A stretch of DNA of 64,000 nt from Convolutriloba macropyga (lineage: Eukaryota). Position 1 is the first letter of the stretch. Each line of letters opens with the position of its first letter. The DNA lies in the NCBI RefSeq assembly GCF_964194025.1, contig NC_134481.1, positions 23,994,001 through 24,058,000 on the forward strand. Direction: 5' to 3'. Below the pieces are notes generated by a model. That model was not told the origin of the DNA, did no database searches, and saw nothing but the letters and a program-made list of their open reading frames with translations. Of this stretch, positions 1 through 10,453 are shown in pieces. The translations under genes were made by a program, and so were the position numbers.

Positions 1-79
1 TCAATTGCTCTAAAAGCAAGATTCAGAAACCTATGTTCCTCCTCGTATCTAATGTCAACAAACTCAAATATAAACTTAG

Positions 80-850
80 AGCTTCTGTAAGTCTAGACTG
101 GATGAGATGATCAAACACATTTTGAATTTTCGTTTCATGGAGTATCAATTTTGTTCGTTAGAGTAACATTTTTTTTCTGCACCAACAATGTTTTGAAAGA
201 TAAAAAAGAAACAATGCAAACAAAACAAATAAAATAGCATAAGTCGACCTCGCGTCTAAGTTCTGTCTCTTTTAAGAACCATGTTTGTAAAGATCCAGTT
301 TGTCAGTTTTTTCTCATATCAAAATATTTTTCTTTCGATTTTCGAATTGTTTTTCAGATTTGTACACCCCAATTACTCCTGTTTCTATCAATTTAAATAG
401 TGTCTAACACTTGTTAACGAGCCATTGAAACTCTCTGCAAAAAGTTCTATTTGCACAAAGATAAATGTCTATACGAAATTCCCGAAATTGTATAAGAAAT
501 TTGTTTAAGGACAGTCAAAATGTCCTTAGACCAAATTTTTCACAAAAGTAAACAAAAAGCGTTTTCCCCGGGAGCTGCAAAAATTCAGTAGCAGTTGCTA
601 TCGCAAATAAATTGTGAAACCAATGCAAAGAGTAATTGGCGAATTTCGTCACTGACAATTGCATCTAAAATGCATGACTGTTCTTTTAATATTTTTTTCC
701 GTCACCTTGAACTAACATTCATAAAGCCTATTTCGATTTTTAAAGACATCGCTCTCGCTTCGTTCTATTCTTGGTTTATCTGGAGCCTATCTAAAAATCA
801 ATCGATTCAAGAGACTTTTTTGACATAATTTATACCGATTACAAGAAAAA
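80..850. repeat. Degenerate local duplication (partner about 2709-3480)
   Basis: gcttctgtaagtctagactggatgagatgatca (80) matches gcttcggtaagtctagattggatgagatgatca (2709). Colinear similarity continues, e.g. ttttccccggga/ttttcccaggga and ctgacaattgcatctaaaa/ctgacaatttcatctaaaa. Confidence 0.7.
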
Positions 851-889
851 AAAAATATTTTGACCGCGCTCGTCAACAGTCGATTAAAC

Positions 890-1420
890 TACAAACTTCA
901 TAGAATGTGACAAATCTGGCTGTTAGATACATACCACACAGGCACAAGGATTCCAACTGAGGCATGGACAAACAAGTCAACCGGAGACGTATTTTGGGTC
1001 TTCAAAAATTGCACTAAATACGAGAAGAAGCTTGTGAGAATGACGAAAATAAAAAAAAGACATAAACAGGAGGCCGCAGGAAAACAAATTGACAGTGTCA
1101 GACATGAGAACTAAGTAAACTTATTCTAAAGTTCATTCGCACCAAAAGCTGCTTAATTTCAACATTAAAAATTTCCCAAAGATAAGAACAAGATAAGAAC
1201 CAACTAGGATGTTCAGGTACACCACAAGCTCTCGCAACCAATTTAAAACATTTAAATTTTATGCAGCATAAATTTTAATTCCACAAAACAAAGATTTACT
1301 GGGAGAAAATTCAAAGTTTCGAATATCAGACGATTTTGGGCCAATTTGACAATTCGTTTTCCAACAACAATTCCTGGACGGTACAAAAAATGTTCGCGAG
1401 CGCTCACGAAATCAAAAAAA
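890..1420. repeat. Degenerate local duplication (partner about 1750-2340)
   Basis: Shared colinear blocks gcacaa.gattccaactga, ttgcactaaa, tttcccaaaga, tcaaagtttcgaatat and caacaattcctggacggtacaaa occur in both regions. Confidence 0.7.
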
Positions 1421-3584
1421 AATAATCAACAAAATGAGAAGAAGATATTTGTCGGCGAATACCAGGGGGATGTATTGGAAAAGATCCCATGAATCTAGTT
1501 GTGCTAGCGACGCCAATTAAGCACACCAGATTTTCATTCTTTGCTTTTTTCCATCAAAACATTTGAAACAATTATTTTGTTTTGGTGTTTTACAGCAACG
1601 GTAGGTGGTGCGGATGGGAGCAGTATCTCATTAGTAGCATTTTGTGAAATGGTATGCGAAATATGACAAGGACAAGCAGTCAATCAGTAGTGGATCCGAC
1701 TGAACAAGTTCATATTGCTCGTGAACAGCTGATGAAACTACAAATTTTAATAGTTGTGACAAATATGAGTTCTGCGTACATATCACATATGCACAAAGAT
1801 TCCAACTGAAACGTAGGCATACATGTTGACTGAGGGCGTCTTCTGGTTCTGCAAGGATTGCACTAAAGCCTCGAAGAAGGTTGTGAGACTATATGCAACC
1901 ACAGAATAAACCAACAGAAATCTGTAGGGAATGAAATCAACACTCTCAAACCTCAAATCTAAGTCAAATCAATCTAAATAAACACCGCCACTAAAACTGC
2001 ATATTGTCGACAATGAGAGTTTCCCAAAGACAAACACAAGTTCTGAAGTTAAAAAATCAACTAAACCAAAAAATCTGGCAACCAAACGAAATTGTTTGAT
2101 TTTTTTTGCAGCATGAAATTAAATTCATTGATTCATAGGTTTTCTAGGAGAAAAAGTAATCAAAGTTTCGAATATAAAACGATATAGAGTAAAATCGACA
2201 AATGTTTTTCCAAGCGACTGTCGCGGTTGGCATCTTGACATTCAACAATTCCTGGACGGTACAAATTTGTCTGCAATTGCTCAAAAAATCAATTTGAAAT
2301 AAATTTTAACCAAGTTAAGGAGACAAAGATCTTTTTCAGCTAATCTGTGAAAATGGAAGAAAAAAATCAAAGAAAAGGAATACCTGCTCAAAAGATATAA
2401 ACTGGAGGGATAACCGCGCAAAATTTGAATCTTCATCCAGAAATTTTTCTATGATTGGACTGAAATTGATGCATCCCAGTTTTGAATAAGTGAGAAAAAG
2501 GAGTCCAAGGAATGTCTTGAGTCGTTTGTTTTTAACACACGCCATATTATTAATCAATAAAAACACCTGCAAACTATGTAATATCAACAGCTGCGGAACT
2601 CTTGCCTTTAGAGACGTGGCTTCATTGTTTTTTAATTGATAACGAGCTCTTTCTTCACAATAACACAGATTTTTTATCAGAAAGCAGTGATCAGAAATAA
2701 TGTTTACAGCTTCGGTAAGTCTAGATTGGATGAGATGATCAGGCAGATATTTGAATTATCTTTTAATGGAGTAACATTATCATTTGTTGGAGAAACATAA
2801 ACATAATTATTCTGCTTCAACAATAGTTTTGAAACACAAAAAAGAAAAACCAAACAATTTAAATAAATAAGTAGAGCTGGAGTGCATTGCTGAAACATTG
2901 ACTGAAGAAGATAAAACAGAATGTGACTCAAATTAGCACTGTCTTGATCTACTGAGAAAAAGTTCAAATGCTGCGGAAATTTTGCCTCGTCTGCAATTCC
3001 AGTTCTGTTAATTTAAAAAACAAGTCCCAATTTTTTTAAAATGATTAGAAACCTGAAACATTTTGCTAATCACAAAACAAAAGGTCCAAAAGAATTTCCA
3101 AAAATTGTACAGAAAAAATAATCATGGACAGTAAGTGAATCCATAAACAAAATATTCAACAAAATTAAACAGAAAGTTGTTTTCCCAGGGACCTGAAACT
3201 ATTCATTTGAATTTCCTACCTACAAAATGATTTTAGGTCCGATGTTAAGGATTATATACAACCTGCTCTTCTGACAATTTCATCTAAAAGTTTAGAACGT
3301 TGTTTAATTATATGGTTTACTTTCATCTTGAACGTATTTTCCATGGAACCCAATATGCTTTTGCAAAACGATGCTCTTGCGTTGTTCTGTTCTTTTTTTG
3401 CCTCGAATCTATCTATAAATGTTTTGGTCCAAAAAGATTATAAAAATACTTATTCAAATTTTGAGAAACCACTCCTTAATGTTGACCATACTATTTTTTA
3501 AACAAAAATTTTCAACCTTTTTGTTCACAGGAAAAATATTAAACTTTCGCAATCCTTAACGTTAATGTTTATCCGTTAACGTGA

Positions 3585-3950
3585 AAAATGGAGTTCCGTA
3601 GGGTTCTCTTCTGGCATCTCTCTTCTTTGTAATTTACGTCAACGATTCGCCATAAACTTGAAGATGTTGTTCTTCCCTTCAATTCATTCTAGTTAATTAG
3701 TTTAGATTGATTTGGCGATTGGATCTTAATCGGGTGATTAAATGGAGTGAAAAACACAAAATTCCTTTAAACATTGGAAACTGCACGCATATCTCAATGT
3801 CTAATTTCATTCATCACTTCTCTTCTACTGGAGCATTGATCAAAAAATTACACATACAGAAGCATTTAACGATTTATGGAACAAGTAGTCTTAAGCGGAA
3901 ATCCCACTTAATGATTTTTTTCCTCCCTGTGAACACGGAGTTTTTCTTTT
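3585..3950 (+). pseudogene. Degenerate CR1/L2-group LINE reverse transcriptase fragment
   Basis: Translates as KNGVP*GSLLASLFFVIYVND (cf. GVPQGSVLGPLLF.IYIND) and DLNRVIKWSEKHKIPLNIGNC (cf. DL..L..W......N..KC). Confidence 0.7.
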
Positions 3951-4193
3951 TCTGAAAGAGTTCCCATTGTGTCAGTTTAATTACAATTGTATAAATCCAA
4001 TGTTCTGCCGGTTTAGTTATATGGGCCAATTTTTTGTTTGTTTGATGACTGGGATAACCCGAACTGAAACTTGACTGTTCAAATCCACGGCCTGCAATTT
4101 GGCAGCAAACTGCCTTCATTAGAAGTTGTTGTGCTCTTGTAAATGTGCTTCCCCAGACTGTACATTGTAGAGGAGGATTGGGTTTGAAATGTC

Positions 4194-4243
4194 CACTACT
4201 TAATCCTATTGCTACTATATCTACGGCTAGTACTAGTACTGGT
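4194..4243 (+). repeat. Degenerate TAC/TAG-rich microsatellite running into the first N gap
   Basis: actacttaatcctattgctactatatctacggctagtactagtactggt lies immediately before the Ns. Confidence 0.55.
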
Positions 4244-4631
4244 NNNNNNNNNNNNNNNNNNNNNNNNNNNNNNNNNNNNNNNNNNNNNNNNNNNNNNNNN
4301 NNNNNNNNNNNNNNNNNNNNNNNNNNNNNNNNNNNNNNNNNNNNNNNNNNNNNNNNNNNNNNNNNNNNNNNNNNNNNNNNNNNNNNNNNNNNNNNNNNNN
4401 NNNNNNNNNNNNNNNNNNNNNNNNNNNNNNNNNNNNNNNNNNNNNNNNNNNNNNNNNNNNNNNNNNNNNNNNNNNNNNNNNNNNNNNNNNNNNNNNNNNN
4501 NNNNNNNNNNNNNNNNNNNNNNNNNNNNNNNNNNNNNNNNNNNNNNNNNNNNNNNNNNNNNNNNNNNNNNNNNNNNNNNNNNNNNNNNNNNNNNNNNNNN
4601 NNNNNNNNNNNNNNNNNNNNNNNNNNNNNNN

Positions 4632-5100
4632 NTCTTTCGAAATTAATGGAGAGAAAACTTGAGAGTTTCCACTGTGGTTGTCTTCGGAGAATTCTACGTG
4701 TGTCATATCTGGAGAAAGCAACGAACGAAGAAATTATGTCAAGATCACGAATGCCCCAACTATCCACGATGATCATGCTCAAACGGATAAAATGGTACGG
4801 ACACATCCAGAGAATGGAACCAGGAAGATTAGCCCGCAGTGCCTTCGATTGGGACCCGCCCGATCAATACGTCCATGCTAGACGCGCTCCTGGGGGGCAA
4901 CGGAAAACGTGGATGAGTCAAATCGAAGGAGACTGTGTACGAAACAAAGTATCGTTCACCAGATTGCAGGAGAAAGCAGCAACCGGGTCAAAGAATGCCT
5001 TCAACAATTTCGTCGTACAGCACTTCACAGAATAACCAAACAAAAAACTCTTCTTGTTTTGTTTGTATTTGTTGCCAACCGTGCCTTTATTTCATATTTG
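4632..5100 (+). mobile_element. RTE-clade LINE 3' fragment (subfamily A), near-identical to 8461-8929
   Basis: Encodes KLMERKLESFHCGCLRRIL...KWYGHIQRM...PGGQRKTW, with only a few substitutions versus the neighbouring long copy, including the 3' UTR. Confidence 0.95.
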
Positions 5101-5233
5101 NNNNNNNNNNNNNNNNNNNNNNNNNNNNNNNNNNNNNNNNNNNNNNNNNNNNNNNNNNNNNNNNNNNNNNNNNNNNNNNNNNNNNNNNNNNNNNNNNNNN
5201 NNNNNNNNNNNNNNNNNNNNNNNNNNNNNNCAA

Positions 5234-5309
5234 CCTCACCTCCACGTGGTGTCCCATGGGGGTAGGTCATGTGCTGCGGCTCTCCGCTCACATGGTCGAG
5301 CTAACGAGG
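5234..5309 (+). ncRNA. HDV-like self-cleaving ribozyme core, copy A (5' P1 strand not visible, presumably in the N gap)
   Basis: P2 CCTC/GAGG; P3 ACC/GGT with L3 TCCACGT; P1 3' strand GTCCCAT; GG for P1.1; P4 GGTCATGTG/CACATGGTC plus GCGG/CCGC; J4/2 GCTAA with putative catalytic C5301. Confidence 0.85.
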
Positions 5310-5368
5310 CACTGGTCTTCTAGTTTGTGGCGCAATTAGTCGTATCTCAGCCTTCAAACACCAAAGCA

Positions 5369-8300
5369 ATGAGTACATTCAACCATGGCCCCGAGTCCCG
5401 TGTAAGGGGTGCTAAGAATCTCCCGAGGAACCAACTCAGAATTGCAACTTTAAACGTCAGAACACTGACCCAAGCCGGATCTTTAGAGGCTTTGAAAATG
5501 GATCTGGCGCAATACAAGTTGGATATTCTGGGAGTGCAGGAGACGAGATTGCAGGAGCAAGAAATTGATCTCGGAGACCACAAGCTCTACCTGTCTGACT
5601 CGTGGTTGTCTGGTGTAAAGTCGAGACAAGGAGGAGTGGGCGTTGCTGTAAAGAAGTCATTGATAAACAGCATCGTAGAACAAGTGGCTCTAAGTGAACG
5701 TATTTGCTACGTCAAGTTCGCGGCTCGGAGGAGAGCCAATCTAGCTGTTGTTGTCTGCTACGCACCTACGAATGAAGCTAGTCTCCAAGAGAAGGATTTG
5801 TTTTGGAGTCAACTTTCAGACCTAGTTTCCAGCTTCAAACATAGGGAGCGTATTTGTGTCATCGGTGACCTCAATGCAGAGCCTGGACACCAGTTGAATG
5901 ACACCATGAGCTGCAGAGGCCCGTTTGGAATGGGTGAAGAAAATGAAAACTCGGAAAAGTTGTTATCATTTTGCACTTCACACAAATTGCTCTTAGGTGG
6001 TACATGGTTCCAGCATCGACAAGTGCATCGGTACACCTACAACCCTCCCGATCCGAGTTGTCGAAAAAAGATGCTGGATCACATTCTGTTTGCAGAGAGA
6101 TACAGAGGATGTCTGACGAAAGTGAGGACCAGAAGAGGGAAAACCACAATTACCGATCATGAATTGGTCATTGCGGAAGTATCTATGAAACTTTTGTCTA
6201 AAAAGCCATGTTTCACGCCCAGAATCAGTTCTGCAAAGCTGCAAGATGAAACAACGCGTGACTTATTCACGCAGGAGGTCAAGTTACATCTTGATAAGAG
6301 CGGCGATTTCGAGAATACAGAGCAGTCTTGGGACAATTTTCGAAAAGCCCTGAACCAAGCAGCAGTGAAATGCCTCCTTCCGGACAAGCGAGTGAACAAA
6401 CCTTGGATTTCTCCAGATTCTCTGGAACTTATCCGGAAACGAGCTGATCTACAGTTGAAGAAACACAGCAGCGCGGTGGCGTTGTTAGAGTTCACAAACT
6501 GCTGTAAGGAAGTCAGAAAAGCTCTACGTGCAGACAAACGGGCATGGCTTGACCGCAAAGGCCAAGAAGTGCAGAGCTTTGCGGACAGAGGCAACTTGAA
6601 GGAGGTTTTTGGGGCATCACAGCAGATTTGCCGCAACTGGAGTCCCCAGTTGACCAAATTAGTTTCAAGCACTGGCGTCAACTTACGGACGAAAGAGGAA
6701 CGACTTGAACGCTGGACGGAACATTTTAGTCAACTCCTGAATCCCTCAACATCCAGTTGCAGTACGAGATTGGATCCCGAAGAAGCAGCTGAAAGCTTGT
6801 CGATTGACCCCAATTCGATTTGAAGAAGTGCTTGAAGCTGTCCGCAGGTTGAAGAATGGCAAGGCAAGTGGACCCGATAACATTTCCTGTGAGATGTTGA
6901 AAGCACGCAAGGGTATTGTCGAGTGGCTCTGGGACATCATAGATAAGTGTTGGTCGACGGAAGTTCTGCCCGATGACTGAAAGGTAGCAGAAATTGTCCC
7001 ATTATACAAGAGTAAAGGAAAGAGGTCAGAGTGTTCGAACCACCGAGGGATCTCTCTATTGTCAGTACCAGGCAAAGTGTTCGCTTCCGTTATTCTCAAT
7101 CGATGCAAAGATTCAGTGGATCGCGTCTTAAGGGAAGAGCAGCGCGGCTTCAGAAAAAGCAGAGGATGAGCCGATCAACTCTTTGCCCTGCGTCAAATAA
7201 TAGAGAAATCTATGGCGTTTCAATTGGATATTAGCTTTTGTTTCATAGACTTTCGAGCGGCATTCGATTCTGTCGATCGTGAGCAGATGTACCAGATAAT
7301 GAAACACTATGGTCTTCCGCAAAAAGTGATAAACATCATAAGAAACAGCTATGATGGATTCAAATGTCGAGTCAAAGCCGAAGGTGAGAAAGGACGCTTA
7401 TTTGATGTCAGAACGGGCGTTAGGCAGGGTGATGTGTGGTCCCCAATCCTATTCGGCCTTGTCATCAACTACATTTTGGCTAACTCGGTGCATGGAGGAT
7501 TAGACATTGGGAGATTGGTGGCTGACTTAGATTTTGCTGATGATGTTGCTCTCGTGGGGGTCTCAGACAGTGAGGTGCAAGAAAACCTACATCGAATCGA
7601 GGCCCTTGCGGAAGCCGCTGGTCTGAAGATTAATGTGGCCAAAACAAAGAATTTGGGCGTAAAATGCGACAGCTCAAATATTGTTGCAGTGCCTAGTATC
7701 CAACAGAACGTGGAGATACTCACTGGAACACATAAAGGCAAACTAGGACTCCTGGCAGAGACATCTAGCCAGTCACGACTAACCATCAGCACGGAGGTGC
7801 TGCTGGGAACGAAAAAGAAAGCGTGCTGGTTCGAAACACAAGATGGCCGGAAGCTAAGATTGAAAAGCTTAGCGGTGGCTAAGCCAGCGTTGGTAGCTTC
7901 ACAACAACAATCTGCAGTAGCAGATTCAGAGTCGCTAGAAAATGAGAGTCGGTCAGTGGTGGCTGACCAAGAGTCTTTAAGATGTCAGAATTGTCAGCGG
8001 CAATTCAGTACAGTTACCGGACGCAAAGTGCACCAAACAAGATTCTGCAAAGCCGGTTTGTCAAAGAATGTCGTCGACAAGTCAAAGTTCGAGCAACTAG
8101 AGGCGAGTCTTACCTGTGACAAGTGTGAAAGAAAGTTCAAAACAGTCAATGGCCGAAAAGTTCACCAATCGAGATACTGTGGCAAACCTAAAGCAGTTGC
8201 CACACGCGTGTTTTCCTGCAAAGTACAAGATGTTCTCGGAAACGAGTTTGAAAACATAGAAGCGTTCAAGTATCTCGGATCATATGTCAGCCTCAAGCAT

Positions 8301-8864
8301 GGAGACCTGCAGGAAGTCAATTGCAAACTTGCAGAAGGTAGACAACGGTTTGCTAACTTCCAAAATCTCTGGAAGGGCAAGCAGCTCAGCGTGCACCTCA
8401 AGTGCAATTTGTACAAAGCACTCGTTTTATCAGCCGTGCTGTACAGCTCAGAGACTTGGACTCTTTTGAAATTAATGGAGAGAAAACTTGAGAGTTTCCA
8501 CTGTGGTTGTCTTCGGAGAATTCTACGTGTGTCATATCTGGAGAAAGCAACGAACGAAGAAATTATGTCAAGATCACGAATGCCCCAACTATCCACGATG
8601 ATCATGCTCAAACGGATAAAATGGTACGGACACATCCAGAGAATGGAACCAGGAAGATTAGCCCGCAGTGCCTTCGATTGGGACCCGCCCGATCAATACG
8701 TCCATGCTAGACGCGCTCCTGGGGGGCAACGGAAAACGTGGATGAGTCAAATCGAAGGAGACTGTGTACGAAACAAAGTATCGTTCACCAGATTGCAGGA
8801 GAAAGCAGCAACCGAGTCAAAGAATGCCTTCAACAATTTCGTCGTACAGCACTTCACAGAATAA
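5369..8864 (+). pseudogene. RTE APE-endonuclease/RT ORF with a frameshift near 6808 and in-frame TGA codons at 6978 and 7167
   Basis: ORFs 5327-6823 and 7212-8864 are bridged by an alternative frame reading PIRFEEVLEAVRRLKNGKASGPDNI...PDD*KVAEIVPLYK...NHRGISLLS...EEQRGFRKSRG*ADQ. Confidence 0.92.
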
Positions 8865-9266
8865 CCAAACAAATAACTCTTCTTGTTTTGTTTGTATTTG
8901 TTGCCAACCGTGCCTTTATTTCATATTTGGAATTAAAGTGTNNNNNNNNNNNNNNNNNNNNNNNNNNNNNNNNNNNNNNNNNNNNNNNNNNNNNNNNNNN
9001 NNNNNNNNNNNNNNNNNNNNNNNNNNNNNNNNNNNNNNNNNNNNNNNNNNNNNNNNNNNNNNNNNNNNNNNNNNNNNNNNNNNNNNNNNNNNNNNNNNNN
9101 NNNNNNNNNNNNNNNNNNNNNNNNNNNNNNNNNNNNNNNNNNNNNNNNNNNNNNNNNNNNNNNNNNNNNNNNNNNNNNNNNNNNNNNNNNNNNNNNNNNN
9201 NNNNNNNNNNNNNNNNNNNNNNNNNNNNNNNNNNNNNNNNNNNNNNNNNNNNNNNNNNNNNNNNNN

Positions 9267-10198
9267 CAACCTCTCCTCCCCGTGGTGTCCCCTGGGGTAA
9301 GTGATGCAGCAGCTGCCCGTAGGACAGATGCATAGTACAACCGAGCTAACGAGGCAAGGATCCTCTAGTTGGTGGCGCGACTAGTTGTATATAAGCCTTA
9401 AAACCCAATGCAATGACTTCAATACTGCGGAAGAGAAAATGCTGGAAGGTCTCGCATTTTCTCCTGCAATTTCCACGATCGAGATGGAGTGGAGTTCGAA
9501 AATGTAGAAGCTTTCAAGTACCTGGGTTCTTTCGTGAGCTTGCAACATGGTGATCTAAAGGAAATCCGTGTCAAGCTGGCGGAAGGGAGACATTGATTTG
9601 CGAGCTTTCAGAAGCTTTGGAAAAGCAAACAACTTAGTATTCCCCTCAAATTCAAGTTATACAGAGCTCTTGTGTTATCAGTGGTCTTTTGTAGCTCTTA
9701 AACGTGGACCATGAATAAATCAACGCAACGGAAACTTGAGAGCTTTCACACCAGTTGTCTGCGAAGGATACTATGTTTATCATATATGGAGAGGGTGACA
9801 AATGAAGAAGTACTGGCTAGATCATGTATGTCGACACTTTCTGCAATGATCATGATTAAATGGTTGAAATGGTTTGGCCATGTCCTGAGGATGAATGACG
9901 ATCGTCTAGCGCTTCGAGCCTTCACCTGGGAGCCGACAGAAAAATATTGTTATGCTAAACGAGCTTCAGGGGGTCAACGCAAGACGTGGCTGGACCAACT
10001 TGAAGAACATTGCTCAAGGAACAACATGAGCTACATCACCTTACGACAGAAAGCGAAAAAAGAGTCTAAATCCCGCTTGAACAGTTTTGTCGAACAGCAT
10101 TTCCTGGATTAAATAAACGCAAATAAGCTCAACTTATATACATTTAATTAACTTGTTTGTACTTATTTTCATTGTACCTTTATTTCTTTATGGAATTT
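9267..10198 (+). mobile_element. Internally deleted non-autonomous RTE copy (subfamily B)
   Basis: Ribozyme, 5' UTR and ATGACTTCAA are fused at about 9422 to YCG...FENVEAFKYLGS and the C-terminus. About 2.8 kb is missing relative to copy A. Confidence 0.88.
9270..9354 (+). ncRNA. HDV-like ribozyme core, copy B
   Basis: CCTC-TCC-TCCCCGT-GGT-GTCCCCT-GG, a different P4 (GGT/ACC, ATGCA/TGCAT, CTG/CAG), then GCTAAC-GAGG. One P3 mismatch. Confidence 0.8.
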
Positions 10199-10453
10199 NN
10201 NNNNNNNNNNNNNNNNNNNNNNNNNNNNNNNNNNNNNNNNNNNNNNNNNNNNNNNNNNNNNNNNNNNNNNNNNNNNNNNNNNNNNNNNNNNNNNNNNNNN
10301 NNNNNNNNNNNNNNNNNNNNNNNNNNNNNNNNNNNNNNNNNNNNNNNNNNNNNNNNNNNNNNNNNNNNNNNNNNNNNNNNNNNNNNNNNNNNNNNNNNNN
10401 NNNNNNNNNNNNNNNNNNNNNNNNNNNNNNNNNNNNNNNNNNNNNNNNNNNNN

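Larger units (their letters stand above)
5231..8941 (+). mobile_element. Near full-length RTE-clade non-LTR retrotransposon (subfamily A): 5' ribozyme, single APE-RT ORF, short 3' UTR
   Basis: APE motifs (IATLNVRTL, GVQETR, YAPT, GDLNA, LDHIL, TDHELV), RT motifs (IDFRAAFDSV, GVRQGD, DFADD, KINVAKTK, FKYLGS) and an RTE-type C-terminus (LYSSETW, CLRRIL, TNEE, WYGHIQRM, PGGQRKTW). No ORF1. Confidence 0.93.
4244..10453. other. Four N runs (4244-4631, 5101-5230, 8942-9266, 10199-10453), each at a junction of the RTE array
   Basis: Directly visible. Gaps 2-4 each fall between an element 3' end and the next ribozyme core; gap 1 precedes the first fragment. Confidence 0.95.

Noticed and set aside
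4849-4855. TTGGGAC as the missing P1 5' strand of ribozyme A
   Set aside because: It mismatches at the critical +1 position, lies in coding sequence (D-W-D), and has no equivalent for ribozymes B or C.
3874-5339. Long ORFs spanning the N runs
   Set aside because: They are artefacts of translating Ns as X.
6978-7169. TGA recoding (Trp/Sec) in the RTE ORF
   Set aside because: The two TGAs replace different residues, copy C has TGT at the second site, a frameshift is also present, and GST3 uses TGA as its stop.
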